From assembly GCA_035221665.1 (NCBI GenBank), contig JAVHYY010000086.1, forward strand, positions 434,001 through 498,000: a DNA stretch of 64,000 nucleotides. The letters run 5' to 3'. Each line of letters opens with the position of its first letter. The stretch's first letter is position 1. Position numbers and translations under genes: made by a program. This document shows positions 12,450-25,980 of this stretch, piece after piece. Below the pieces are notes generated by a model. The model was not told the DNA's origin. It searched no databases and worked only from the letters and a program-made list of their open reading frames with translations. This DNA comes from Okamejei kenojei. Its lineage: Eukaryota.

Positions 12450-14695
12450 CGTCTAGGGAGGCTATTTGGGTGGAACTGAGAAGTGGGAACGGTGTAGCAA
12501 CACTTTTAGGGGTGTACAATATAGACCGCCAAATGGGGAGCGAGAATTGGAAGAGCAAATATGTAAGGAGATAGCAGATATTAGTAGTAAGCACAAGGTA
12601 GTGATTGTGGGAGATTTCAATTTCCCAAAAATAGACTGGGAAACACATTCTGTAAATGGGCTGGATGGTTTGGAGTTTGTAAAATGTGTGCAGGAAAGTT
12701 TTTTGCAGCAGTGCATAGAGGTACCGACCAGAGAAGGGGCAGTGCTGGACCTCCTGTTAGGAAATGAGGCAGGACAGGTGACGGAGGTATGCGTTGGTGA
12801 GCACTTCGGGACCAGTGATCACAATACCATTAGTTTCAATATAATTATGGAGCGAGTCAGAACAGGACCTAGAGTGGAGATTTTTGATTGGAGAAAGGCT
12901 AACTTTGAGGGAATGCGTGAGGATTTTAAAGGAGTGAATTGGGACACTTTGTTTCATGGGAAGGATGTAGAAGAGAAATGGAGGACATTTAAAGGGGAAA
13001 TTGTAATAGTACAGAATCTTTATGTCCCTGTTAGGTTGAAAGGAAATAGTAAAAAATTGGAAAGAGCCATGGTTTTCAAGGGAAATTAGACACTTGTTTC
13101 GAAAAAAGAGAGATATCTACAAGAATTATAGGAGGCATGGAGTAAATGAGGTGCTAGAGGAGTATAAAGAATGTAAAAAGAATCTTAAGAAAGAAATTAG
13201 GAAGGCTAAAAGAAGATATGAGGTTGCTTTGGCAAGAAAGGTGAAAGTAAATCCAAAGGGTTTCTACAGCTATATTAATAGCAAAAGGATAACGAGGGAT
13301 AAAATTGGACCATTAGAGAACCAGAATGGACAGCTATCTGCAGAGCCAAAAGAGATGGGGGAGATATTGAACAATTTCTTTTCTTCGGTATTCACCAAGG
13401 AGAAGGATATTGAACTCTGTGAGGTAAGGGAAAAAAAGTAGAGTAGCTATGGAAACTATGAGATTCAAGGAGGAGGAAGTACTGACACTTTTGAAAAAAT
13501 ATAAAGGTGGATAAGTCTCCAGGTCCTGACAGGATATTCCCTAGGACATTGAGGGAAGTTAGTGTAGAAATAGCAGGAGCTATGACAAAAATATTTCAAA
13601 TGTCATTAGAAACGGAAATAGTGCCGGAGGATTGGCGTACTGCGCATGTTGTTCCATTGTTTAAAAAGGGTTGAAAGAATAAACATAGCAATTATAGACC
13701 TATTAGTTTTGACGTCAGTGGGTGGGCAAATTAATGGAAAAGGATACTTAGAGATAATATATATAAGCATCTGGATCAACAGGGTCAGATCAGCAACAGT
13801 CAACATGGATTTGTGCCTGGAAGGTCATGTTTGACAAACCTTCTTGAATTTTTTGAAGCGGTAACTAGGGAAATTGATGAGGGTAAAGCAGTGGATGTTG
13901 TCTATATGGATTTCAGTAAGGCCTTTGACAAGGTTCCCCATGGAAGGTTGGTTCAGAAGGTTCAATCTTTGGGTGTTAATGGCGGAAGTAGCAAGATGGA
14001 TTCAACAGTGGCTGAATGGGAGATGTCAGAGAGTAATGGTGGATGGCTGTTTGTCAGGTTGGAAGCCGGTGACCAGTGGGGTGCCTCAGGGATCTGTGTT
14101 GGGTCCACTGTTGTTTGACATGTACATCAATGATCTGGATGATGGGGTGGAAAATTGGATAAGTAAGTATGCTGATGATACTAAGATAGGTGGTATTGTG
14201 GATAATGAAGTAGATTCTCAAAGTCTACAGAGAGATTTGGGCCATTTGGAAAAGTGGGCTGAAAGATGGCAGATGGAGTTTAATGCTGATAAGTGTGAAG
14301 TGCTACATCTTGGCAGGACAAATCAAAATAGGACGTACATGGTAAATGGTAGGGAATTGAGGAATGCTGTGGAACAGAGGGATCTAGGAATAACTGTGCA
14401 TAGTTCCCTGAAGGTGGAATCGCATGTAGATAGGGTGGTAAAGAAAGCCTTTGGTGTGCTGGCCTTTATAAATCAGAACATTGAATATAGGAGTAGGGAA
14501 GTAATGTTAAAATTGTACAAGGCATTGGTAAGACCAATTCTGGAGTATGGTGTACAATTTTGGTCGCCTAGTTATAGGAAGGATGTCAACAAAATAGAGA
14601 GAGTACAGAAAACAAATGGTCGGCACGGACTGGAAGGGCCGAGAGGGCCTGTCTCCGTGCTGTAATTGTTATATGGTTATATGGTTATATGGTTA
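12450..14695 (+). mobile_element. CR1 LINE ORF2 (endonuclease-RT) in the GPCR intron
   Basis: YRPPN, VGDFNFP, SDHN, DFSKAFDKVPH, GVPQGSVLGP, YADDTK motifs; (TATATGGT)n tail. Confidence 0.95.
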
Positions 14696-14699
14696 ACGT

Positions 14700-15600
14700 C
14701 AGCACATAAACAGGCCCTCTCAGCCCTTCCACTCCATGCCGACCATTTGTTTTCCCCTAGTCTCATCTACCTGCACTGAGACCATAGCCCTCCATTCCCT
14801 TACCGTCCATATAACTATCCACTTTACATTTAAATGTTAAAATCGATCCTGCCTCCACCACTTCTGCTGGAAGCTCATTCCACACAGTCATCACCCTCTG
14901 AGTAAAGAAGTTCCCCCTCACGTTACCCCTAAACTTCTGTCCCTTAATTGTCATGACATGCCCTCTTGTTTGAATCTTCCCTACCCTCAGTGGGAAAAGC
15001 TTATCCACGTCAACTCTGTCTATCCGTTTCATCATTTTAAAGACCTCAATCAAGTCCCCCCTTAACCTTCTGCGCTCCAAAGAATAAACACCTACCTTGT
15101 TCAACCTTTCTCTGTAACATAGTTGCTGGAACCCAGGCAACATTCTAGTCAATCTCCTCTGTACTCTCTCTATTTTGTTGACATCCTTCCTATAATTAGG
15201 CGACCAAAATTGTACACCATACTCCAGAATTGGTCTTACCAATGCCTTGTACAATATTAACATTACTCCCCTACTCCTATATTCAATGCTCTGATTTATA
15301 AAGGCCAGCACACCAAAGGCTTTCTTTACAACCTATCTACAAGCGATTCCACCTTCAGGGAACTATGCACAGTTATTCCTATATCTCTCTGTTCCACAGC
15401 ATTCCTCAACCCCCTACCATTTACTATGTACGTCCTATTTTCATTTGTCCTGCCAAGATGTAGCACTTCACACTTATCAGCATTAAACTCCATCTGCCGT
15501 CTTTCAGCCCATTTTTCCAAATGGCCCAAATCTCTCTGTAGACTTTGAAAATCTACTTCATTATCCATAACACCACCTATCTTAGTATCATCTGCATACT
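14700..15600 (-). mobile_element. CR1 LINE 3' fragment, same family, tail-to-tail with the previous copy
   Basis: YADDTKIGG..KCEVLHLG..LERRRLRGDLIEVFK..FFTQRV. Confidence 0.95.
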
Positions 15601-17825
15601 TATTCTGTTGCCAATCCTGCAAGAATAAACAAATATTCTGTTGCCAATCCTGCAAGAATTAAATGCTTTTTTTTCACCCTCCTTTTCTGACAAGTCAGCA
15701 AGCTGTTAAATGGGAGTATCTGTATTTTCTGATCAGAGACACAAAGGTATTATTGGAAGCAGAATTGAATTATTTTAAATTGTCTCTCTTCTCCGAAACT
15801 CGCCCTACAAAAATGCCGGTATCATTTACAGAATTTGGTGGCTGATGTAGCACCTTCGATTATATCATTTATTCGAATTACACTTCGGATACAATTTGAC
15901 TCAATACTGTTCTGAATGCAGACATTGAATCAATTTCATCTACCAAGGTTGTTTTCTTGTTTGCTGACCGCATTTGTCAGCTGTTTACAAGTAACGTTAT
16001 TACGAAGCGCTCTTGTTAGTTTCGCATGGAGATGTATCATTTTATTTAATTTTCACACACAGTATTCTAAGTTATCTCTCCTCCAATTAACATCGTTTTT
16101 TGCTTGCAGTATGATGTGCTAATGGATTGATATTTTCTTATTTTTTCAAAAACTTGTCATTATGTTTGGGAAGGTAGTCTTTTGTATTCCATTCCATAAC
16201 CCTACGCGGGCGTGGCATGAGCCTAACAAAGCACAATATATTTGGTGATTAGCTGAATCGTCTAAATAGTATACGGATGTCAATCCATTGGCTTTATCGG
16301 TGGCGGACTGATTATCAATGACTTGCTTTATTATTTTGTTTTGCAGCGAATTTGGTGACGATTGTGATTTTGTCCCAAGGAAGATGCGGCATCTCGAAAT
16401 GCATAACTCGTTACCTGGTCATGGCGGTGGCGGATCTCTTGGTCATTATCACTGCTGTGATATTAAGTCGGCTTCGAGCTATTTATTTCCCACTTACTTT
16501 CTTGTCCACCACTCCTGCCTGTAGTCTCGTTATTATCTTCAGCTGGATTTCAAAAGATACCTCAGTGTGGTTAACGGTCGCGTTCACGTTCGATCGCTTT
16601 TTAGCTATTGGCAGCCATAAACTGAAGCTTAGATACTGCACCGAGAAAACTGCGGCTGCGGTTATAGTAACCATCTGCGTGCTGGCGTCCTTGCGAAACA
16701 TCCCTTTATATTTTGAATAGGAGCCCATGTATGTCGTTGATAACGTACCCTGGTTCTGCAGCATTAAACCAGTCTTCTATACATTACTTGCATGGAGAGT
16801 GTATGAATGGTTGCACCGTATGTTAAATCCATGTATCCCATTCCTCCTCATTTTGCTGCTTAATGTTCTGACGATCAGACACATTCTAGCGGCCAGTCAG
16901 GCCCGCCGGAGACTCCGGGCGCAGAGCAACAGAGATAAACAGAGTGACCTCGAGATGGAGAGCCGGAGAAAGTCAATTATTTTACTTCTCTGCATTTTCT
17001 GGAGTTTTATTTTGTTGAGGTTGACCTATGATGTAAATTTCCTATTTGTGCAGGTTACAAGCAACATCTATCCACTGGTTCTAATTCCAATGACCCAAAA
17101 TGTATTCTTCAAGAAAGCGGATACATGTTAGAGATTTTTAGTTCCTGTACCAACACGCGTATTTATGTTGGGACACAGTCTATATTCAGGGAACAGTTGA
17201 AGGATGCCATAAAAATCCCTTCAATCTCATTACTTGCTGGTTCAAGTAGTGCACATAACAATTAAATACTGATAAGGACATGCAACTCTGAAACGACAAG
17301 TGCTGAAAAATTCGGACAAAGATAGCGCCGGAGCTTGGCGACGGTTTTGCGTGCTGATATCAAATTAGGATATACTGTCATCCGATACAATCTAGTTACA
17401 ATCTCTTTACTCTTTTTTGTTGTATTTTCTACCCATTGTAACTGAGTTTGGTTTGATTGTATGCGTGATAGTATGATCCGATTTGTTTGGAAAGCAAGCA
17501 AAACGACTTTTCGCTGAAACTCGAATCACATGGCACTAATAAAATTAGAAGCACACTTAACCCTCATTGAGATAGTCAACAGTCCCGGCGGAATTCATAT
17601 TAAAAAAGGTGTTCAAATTCGAATACCCATCATCACTCTATTCTGAAAATTAATTCTCAAAGTTCAGTAATAATAATTATGACAAGCGATTTGTTTATTC
17701 TGAACAGTGCAACGGAAATAGTACATTGGCAAGTAAACGGTTTTCCAATCGTGAGTATGTTTCGTGTTTTACCGCAAACGGAAACGTCATGCTCAGCCGC
17801 CAAATTAACGGCTGATCCGCCTATA

Positions 17826-18145
17826 GTATTTTCATCACAATAAATGATAATGTGCTGTACCACCATAGTGGACATTTGTGAACCAACATCAATCTGCATC
17901 CCAGACACCTGCAGTCTGTCACTATTCTAAATCCAGATTGGCGATCCAACTCAAATAGCTGAATAGCGCTGGTGTCAATGCCATGTACAAATGCTATTCA
18001 AATGCTATTCAGTAATTTGTGTTAGATCGCCAATCTGGATTTAGAATAGTGCCAGACTGCAGATTCTGGGATGCAGTTGAATTTTGGGTCACAAATGTCT
18101 ACAATGGGGGTACAGCACGTTATCATTTTTTTGTGAGGAAAATGC
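17826..18145. repeat. Imperfect inverted repeat, ~140-bp arms, ~36-nt spacer
   Basis: 17826-17967 is reverse-complementary to 18004-18145 (for example cactattctaaatccagattggcgatc versus gatcgccaatctggatttagaatagtg). Confidence 0.9.
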
Positions 18146-19329
18146 TGCTGCAAGCCGCCGAAGCCTATTTCGCACGTATTCGTGTGATTGGAGTCACCAT
18201 TCTCACATTAGAGCAGAAAGTTGGCCCAATGCATTGCTTAATGGGGAGAAAACACAATGTGCTGGAATAACCCATTGGCCTGTAGTGTGAAAGGAATGGA
18301 GAGACGCGTTTGCGGTCGGGACCCTACTTCCCGCTTAAGAATGCCCCCACATATGTTGCTTGACCCGCTTCGTTATATCAGCACTTATTGAGCACTTCAG
18401 GGTCATGCCTCCAGCATCCGTAGTTCACTCTGTCTCAGTAGGGAGAGGTACAAGGTGCAGGGAAGAGGTTGCCGGGAAAGTCAGCGAAGGAAGTATGCAG
18501 AAGCCAATTCAGTTACAATCAGAACCAGGTGCCGGATGCCGTCACCGAACCGCCGCCTCAGAAGCAGCTGTAAAAGGGCGAACAGCACCTCCGCATTGAG
18601 TGCGCGGCAATGAGCCCGACAAAAAACGAGGGACAAAGAAGAGAGTACTTAGAACAGTGCGGTACAGGAACAGCCATTGCGACCCATAGTGTCCGCGCGA
18701 AACATGATGCCTAGTTCACCTATACTCCTCTGCCTGCACTGGGTCCATATGCATCCATTCTGCGCATATCAATACATTCCCTGCATCTCCACGTGCACAC
18801 CGACAAACGGTGCACACCGCCATACGGCATTATCTCTGGCAGTGCGTTCCAGACACCCACCATTGCATAAAATACCTCGTCCACGCATATTTTAAACTGC
18901 GCTTTAATTACATCAAAGCTACGTCTTATAATTTTGGACATCCCCATCCGGCTACGGGAAAATGATAATGACTATTTGCGCTTTCTACACTTTCTCCGAG
19001 GCTGCAGTGGAAAAAATCCACGTTTGCCCAACTGGTTCTAATGTGTAATAATCTGCAATCCGGACAATATTCTGCTAAACCTCCAACACCCTCTCCAGCG
19101 CCGAAGTATCATTCGTGTAATGTGGCGACCACAATTCCAATCCAGGTGTGGCCTAAACCACGATGCGTTAAACTGCTGCGACCGAAGTTTTCTACTCCTA
19201 TTCTATTATTTGGAACCGTTTTCAAGTTGAGCCATTCAGGAACATTGCTACCGCCCTGTTTTAAGATCAAAAGTACACTCCTCACATACAGCAGCCGATG
19301 GAAAGTAATTTGAGAATTCCCGCGAGTTA

Positions 19330-19343
19330 ACACCAGAGGGCGC
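19330..19343 (+). promoter_or_regulatory. Candidate CTCF site
   Basis: ACACCAGAGGGCGC versus the core consensus CCASYAGRKGGCRS. Confidence 0.55.
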
Positions 19344-19894
19344 CGTCGGAGGTGTGACGTTAGAAATCGCCCCAGCGTGAAAGCACAAAGACTGACGACG
19401 CCCAAGAATGTCATTCCGCTTAGCGCAGCAGTGTCCAACCACCCAACCAATGTGCTCACACCTTCGAACACTGAACACGAAATCCTGCACACTAATCTGC
19501 AGTACCGAAACCACAACATTCCAGGTCCGTTTCCTTTTATCTTTACAGCTGTACAGAATTGTGAATATTGCCAATATTTCCCCTTTTCCTGATAGATTTC
19601 CAAGAAGTGACATATTTCTTTGCATCAACCGCTGAAATATGGCATCAACTTCCATTCGTATGTTGCAAGATAATACTCCCTCCAGCTGACTCCAAAATAC
19701 AGCCACTGATGGGGTAATAATATTTTTATCATGATATTGGTTGGCATCCCGTTAGTTACCTATTTCATACGGTATCTATCCTTTGAGCAACATTGGTGGT
19801 TTCGGTCCAGGTTCACCGAATATTTCCTCACTCCTGCCGTGAGTTAACAATATAATCCCAATGTTCTCGCGATGTTTTTTTTCTGAGGCGGCAT

Positions 19895-19933
19895 AATTTT
19901 TGTACGAGGCAGTTCATAGATAGTAGCACCGTG
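19895..19933 (-). other. 23-spacer recombination signal sequence of V1
   Basis: CACGGTG, 23-nt spacer, ACAAAAATT. Confidence 0.92.
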
Positions 19934-20462
19934 TCTCTCAGCACGCAGTAATATAAGGCTCCGTCAGACAGCTGCACTCCAGCCAGTGTAAATGAACTTT
20001 CGCCTCTGGAAGTGTCGAGGGACGCGGAAATTCGAGCACCCACAATTTGTGCCGTGGAAATGTTTCCGAAGGATGGAATGAGAATCAGGAAGGTGAAGTC
20101 ACTGTTCGTTTTCTGACGGTACAGATTCAAAGAATACATATCAGCAGTAGTTGAATACTTGCAGTTTATTTTCACCGAGTCTCCTTCCATCGGCGTCAAG
20201 CTAGCCAGTTCCTGTGAGACGGAGTCTGTGGCAACGACACCTGCAATAATTTAAAAACACATAAGCATTTTGCATTTTCAATTAATACAGGCCAATATTC
20301 GTGGAAAAGGTTGGACATATTCAACTGAGATACATCAAAGTCTTTCCGGCAGGGAGGTTTTCGATATCAGCGACACCTGATAAGGAAACCCGTATACTTT
20401 GCGAGCTTACTTGTTAAAAGACCTGCAGCGAAACAAAATAAATGAACAACAACTGCGAACAT
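19934..20462 (-). CDS. TCR alpha/delta-type V segment V1 (leader 20462-20411, V exon 20240-19934); open frame but FR2 Trp replaced by Leu
   Basis: Leader MFAVVVHLFCFAAGLLT then GTAAG; V exon VVATDSVSQELASLTPMEGDSVKINCKY..LNLYRQ..VQLSDGALYYCVLR followed by a 23-RSS. Confidence 0.88.
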
Positions 20463-20879
20463 GTCGGACGCCAACCGTTCTGAACAAAGGAGACTGACTA
20501 TGAAATTGTTTGCAGTGAAGATACTGCGCGATATCCGGACTCGCTGGTGATTGCGTCGCTGCTGACTTCGAATGAATCATCCAATCAGCTTGCAGCTTCG
20601 ATCCATCAAATGGAAAATTAGGCCGCTTGCAATGATCCAATCCGCTTGCCATAATTTGATCATATCTCAAAATATAATTGGTTCCGAGCAATGAAATGAC
20701 CCGAAAGATAAAATAACTAAATCTCTTGGCCTATCCATAGGTCGAAGTTGTGGGGTGAAGGTAAGTTACATGGTCCCCTCTCAACGTTCAACATTCCAAA
20801 ACAAATATTTACTCTTTTATGTATTAGATATAATTATAGACATTCCGCGGATCTCCGCACAATGTCGATTTGCGGGTCG

Positions 20880-21380
20880 ACCTCCGACAACAAAATTATA
20901 GAAGCTTTGGAGAGTGCAGAAGAGGTTTACCAGATTTTTGCCTGGATTAGGTGGCACTACCAAGAGGAAGACGTTGGACAAACGTGGATTGTTTTCTCGG
21001 AAACTTTGTTGTGGGAAACGTGGTAGAGGTATACACAATTATGAAAAGCACAGATAGTCAGAATCCTTAACCGAGGGTGCAAATGCCAAAGGCAGGAGGC
21101 TATTTTGAGATTATAAGATGAGAGGGACAGAGTTTAAACGACGTGAGGAGGACGTGTTTTAGACAATAATTGGTAGAGCGCGCTGCCAGGAGTGGTGGTT
21201 TGGGCAAATGCGATATTTGCACGTAAGAAACTTTTAGCTGGGCAAGTGGTTGTGCAGAGAGTGAGGGATACGGATCACGTGCAGGCAGAGACGTTTAGTT
21301 TGACGACATCGTCTTGGGAGCAGACGTTCCGTGCGGAAGCGCCTGTTATTGTACTCTTTGGTGTTTTGTATTGTATCATT
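20880..21380 (+). mobile_element. Degenerate CR1 3' fragment
   Basis: ttggagagtgcagaagaggtttaccag and downstream CR1 3' remnants. Confidence 0.55.
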
Positions 21381-21761
21381 TATCTGCTATGATTTCTTGG
21401 AGACTGAAACACAGAAATCAAGAATTTGCCCAAATGGTCTTCACATCCTTAATCTGTTGCATCATTGAAAAATAATCCTGGTTTCACTCAGAGACGGTGG
21501 ACAGAGAGGGCTTCGTGTTTAATGCACAAAATGAAGATGCACTTGCCCTCCGTGAGGGTCCAAAGCCAATGATGTAGGTTTACGCAAATTGAGGGGTTCC
21601 TATTCCAAACGCCTGCGTTATTATTGATGAAACCTAATTCGGTAATCGATGGAAATTGAAGGGGCGGATAGAACGATTTCTGAAACATCAGAGGATCCAG
21701 AAGCTTTCTGAGCACATAAAATTAATTGGAACCGAACCCCCAAGATCTGCTGAGCGATTGG

Positions 21762-21801
21762 ACTTGTTGTACGAGAGTTTTTACTGGTTTTCAACACCGT
21801 G
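21762..21801 (-). other. Degenerate RSS of V2
   Basis: CACGGTG, 24-nt spacer, ACAACAAGT. Confidence 0.75.
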
Positions 21802-22330
21802 AGCGCCGCTGCGCACATATAAACCCCAGACGCCCTCAGCTGCAATTCTAAGATAGTCAGACTTGCGAATTTCGCCGAGCTCTAGTGAACTGCAGAGAAA
21901 CGCATTTTCGCAAAATCTGCCTCGTTCGCAGCTCCGCTGGTGTATTTGATCAGAATAAACTCAATCTGTGTGTCTGGGTGCTGCCGATACCAGAGCAGAT
22001 TATTGGTGCCGCTCCATGTTGTATGGTTGGTACAGTTTATAGTGACCTTTCCTCCTTTCATCTCCACGACCTAAGACAACGGATCAGTGGCAGGATCCCC
22101 GTGGCCTCGACCTGCGTTCAAAGCGTTGAAAGCAATAATACATCAGCGCGGCGAATATAACATACGATGGAAATCGGCATCCGCGGAAAACGAGGAAATG
22201 AAAAGTGTGTGTTGCAAGTTAGGAAGAATGGATTCCTCCCGGGGCAGGGTTAACATTTTTTTTTACTGGGAAGAAAATCCTTACCAAAGAGGGATACAAT
22301 GACGAGCAACGTCGCGAGGATATTGTGCAT
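21802..22330 (-). pseudogene. TCR alpha/delta-type V pseudogene V2 (leader 22330-22285, V exon 22111-21802)
   Basis: Leader MHNILATLLVIVSLF then GTAAG; V exon GRGHGD..KVTINC..LLWYRQHPDTQIEFIL..LTILELQLRASGVYMCAA; TAG stops at 22071-22073 and 21882-21884. Confidence 0.9.
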
Positions 22331-23803
22331 GATCTTCTCCGAGTCTGTCATTTTTCTGACTCAGAGTCCACCAGTTCCAAGTGGTCTGTAGTTATCGCCG
22401 CACCATTCGCCCAGCCGAGGAGTCAATAAATGGCAAACGGGCAGCAAAGCCAGCTGCCCCCCGGATAACACAGGTTATATAACAATAAGGCGCAGAGCAG
22501 TAAACTGGACCTGATTTTAAGTCGGCCACTGTATTCACACTGAACGGATTGCAGGTATTGAAAACCCATGGGAAGTGGCGGTTCCTGCGATTAGTGGCAT
22601 CCGCAGTTGAAATTCATTGGTCGTAAAGCAAGCTGACGGGCTTCGCATGCTTCGCCGTGCTTCGTCCAGCTTTACCGAGCTGCCCATTCACTACGTCAGA
22701 GAACCGGATTCGATCCTAACCTCCAGTGTCGTCTGCATGGAGTTGTCATGTCTCCCGAGCGACTTATGGGTAAACGCTTTTCTCGCACGCCTTATGAACG
22801 TCAACAGACACATCATAGAAAACATACTATCGGTTAGCATCAGAACATCGTTTGAGAAAAGCCCAAGACTGCAAGAATTTTCCGAGCGTTAAAGATGTAG
22901 CGTCTGACTTGGGTGATTGTTTTATGTGTGTTTATATCTGATCTGTTTGGATCACTAAACAAGATTTGTCATTCTACCTTGATATACGTACAACAATAAA
23001 TCTCAATGTAAATCAAAGACAAGCGGGTTTGTGGGTTAATTTGACTTTGCAAATACCCTCTGGATGCAAACGTTGGATGACATCGAACTGGTATGAACGC
23101 ATGATTGATGATGGGGGGTGCTATGCTGTGTCAATGCTGTGTTTTCCAATGTCAACAATTAAACTTTAAAAAGATAGAAAGGAAGACATACCCGAGATTG
23201 CTATCTAATGGCGACCAATAATTCTAACAATCATAATGATAATGATGCTCATCACCACTTATTGTCATGTAGCTGGTAGAGTGAAATTATTTGCTTTGCA
23301 TGCAATCCAGTGTAACACGAAAAATATAGTACGTAAAAAAAACACAACGATTATAGTGTAATAGTTACCTTCACCGAGACGCTAGACACAAAGAGTCGTT
23401 ATGTTTCTGGCGCCAACAGAACTTCAAAGTGCTTAACAGTACAGATCTGTTTTGGCGAAAAAGACCGATTGGCCTAGCGGCATCTCCTTCTTCCGACGCC
23501 ATATTGGATACGGCCGTTTGGCCAACGTCCGCGGCCATCGCCGACATTACGGTGTTATTTAGTTGGTATGACTTTAATTCCACAGCATGTATTATGCCGT
23601 GTTTGGTGCGCATGAACCGGTTCACCAAACGTTTACTGTAACCATTGCCGAAATCGCAGTCGTAGCTGCATTTGCGATGAGGGTGCCTCCCTCATCGGAA
23701 TATTAATTATTAATGAAATGGATGAAGCGGCGGGCTGGTGATGGAGGCATGAATGGATGTGCAAATAGAATGTAATATTTGCGTGAAGGAAACCTAAGGT
23801 ATT

Positions 23804-23817
23804 CCACTAGATGGCAG
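23804..23817 (+). promoter_or_regulatory. Candidate CTCF site
   Basis: CCACTAGATGGCAG matches CCASYAGRKGGCRS at every position. Confidence 0.6.
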
Positions 23818-24719
23818 CAAAGCCACGGCAACGATCTGAAATGAACTCGGGTTCTTTATTTACATGGATGCTATCGGGCGAGCTGTATCTATATTCCATT
23901 TTCATACATCTATATTCAATTGTCATGTACGTATACACTGTGTCAATGGGTCGATTGTAATCATGTATTGTCTTTCTGTTAACTGGTTAGCACGCAATAC
24001 CAAGCTTATTGTCACGAACCCGTGAGAATAAATTAAACTAAACAAGTCTTACCAAAATGGTCTGTTCTTGTATATCGCTAACTTTAAAAGTTGAGCTCCC
24101 TTTTCTCTGCGGAACTGATGACCAAGCCCCACTTTGGGTCAAATTACCGCTCTGGTTACCTAGGCATCAACGTGTTCCTTCCATTCGAATGAGGATATTA
24201 CTTTCATCCGGGTCAACGCGATTTATATGTCAGCATGTCAGGCTATATCTCCGGTCCCTGATATTATTGAACCTTATTTAGTTTTAGGACTCCTCCCTTT
24301 AAACCAGCAAAGTTATTTTTCATGAGTTTGAGTTTCAGTGCATTTGATCATCACATGTACCGAGGTACAATTAAAAGCTGTTGTTGCGCATTAACCAGTC
24401 AACTGATAGATAGCTCATGATTGCAATTGAGCCATCCACTCTGCAAAGATACACGATAAAGGAAATTTCATGAATAATGTTTAGTGCAAGATAAAGTCTA
24501 ATGAAGTCCGATCAAAGATAGTCCAATAGGCTCTGACATTATCTCTATTAAGCATATGTCATAATCTGGAGCAGAGAGGTACGTCAAATCTCGACCAGGC
24601 AGACCTACGCCTTCGTTCTGTCGATTATCAGCAGGAGTTCCGTTGCTCCAGCACATCACCTGTTCTCCACACACTACAAGCGATGTTGCACAGATGTCTG
24701 ACTTCTGGAAATAGTAAAA

Positions 24720-25980
24720 ATGGGAGTTCTTGTACTCGCTGCGCTGTGGATGAGGTTCATCGTCGGTAAGGCGGTTATGATTTTCCCCAATATAACTACC
24801 GTCCTGAGGTCTGGAGAGCAGACCAATTTCACAGTCACAGAGATTCAGAGGAAAGACACAGATATACACAAAACCCTGGATTGCCTGACCACTGGTCGGA
24901 TCTGTTGGGATGAGTAGTTTTCCCGTTTGGTAGGAAAGCCGTAGGCACCAATCACAAAATGAAATTATGATTGCATGGAGATGAAGACAATGCATTCACC
25001 TGTGCGATATTGGCAGCAAATGCAATTGAGCATCAAACCAGTTGATCCATGATAAATTGCGCGATTTGTGGCGTAACTTCTTCATCTGCAATAGAAATAA
25101 AAATATGCCAGTCGGCTGGAAAAGATGCAGATATCACTTGCGACGATATTTCCATGAATCGAGAGCCTGAGCTACAGGGATAGCTTAGGCAGGCGACAAT
25201 TCCTTGGAGCGCAGAAGGTGAGTGGTAATAGTCGGACGTGTATACATTAGGAGGGGGCATTGAGAGTAGCAGGAGAATGAAGATTCCGAGCGTAGGTTTA
25301 AGGTGCGAGCGTAAATGGCCACTTCTTCCAAAGCGGGCAGTGTGTATATGGACCGAGCTACCAAATGATGTAGGTGAAACTGATAGCTGAATCGGGTGTC
25401 AGGGGTTATGTGGGGATTCCAGGATAATGGGTTAGGAGGGAGTGATCTATCAATCGTGATCGAATGGCGGAGTACACTTGATGGTCCGAATGGCCCAATT
25501 GTGTTCCCATCACTTATGACCTGATGCGCTTATGACAATAACAGCATTTAAAATAATTTTGAACTGGTAACGACCAGACAACTTTTAGAGAGATATGAGG
25601 CAAACATGGATACAGGGCTCTGGTTAAGATTAGGCAGCTCGATCGAAGTGTTTGTGTCTGTGTTGTTTGATTCGATGGATCGTCGTATCAGATATACTCG
25701 TGGAGTAACACATATGCTATCATCTGCAATGTAATGAACTATGTTAACTTGAATGTCAATATAGTTGCGTGCTTTCCCGCCGATGAGGATTATATTCAAA
25801 GTTATGACTAATGTTCTTATTTGGTGTCCCAGATCTCAGCAATGCCGATTCCGTGACACAACGAGAGCCCGCCGTCAGGCAGATGCAGGGCGATCATGTC
25901 ACATTTATTTGCACCTATACCAGTGATTCTTAATATTTACACTGGTATAGTTAGTACCCATGAATAAGGCCCGAATTCAT
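24720..25980 (+). pseudogene. TCR V pseudogene V3 (leader 24720-24765, V exon 25833-~25980), truncated at a CR1
   Basis: Leader MGVLVLAALWMRFIV then GTAAG; after cccAG the frame reads LSNADSVTQREPAVRQMQGDHVTFICTYTSDS*YLHWYS*YP*IRPEFI and meets a CR1 tail. The 3' half and RSS were not found. Confidence 0.82.

Larger units (their letters stand above)
12196..17249 (+). pseudogene. GPR139/GPR142-like class A GPCR pseudogene, copy 1 (exon 1 12196-12265, exon 2 16347-17249)
   Basis: Exon 1 MHALGNGPVFAIYYSFLHVF*VP ends at G|GTAAG (phase 1). Exon 2 after ttgcAG reads ANLVTIVILSQGRCGISKCITRYLVMAVADLL..TVAFTFDRFLAI..RYCTEKTAA..ESRRKSIILL..SSCTNTRIY. In-frame TGA in exon 1, TAG at 16718-16720, and frameshifts. 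Confidence 0.9.

Noticed and set aside
18586-18627. ACAAAAAAC nonamer-like motif
   Set aside because: No CAC heptamer at a 12- or 23-nt distance and no V exon upstream.
23371-23641. ORF with MASEEGDAAR and a YY1-like GCCAT motif
   Set aside because: No recognisable homology or exon structure.
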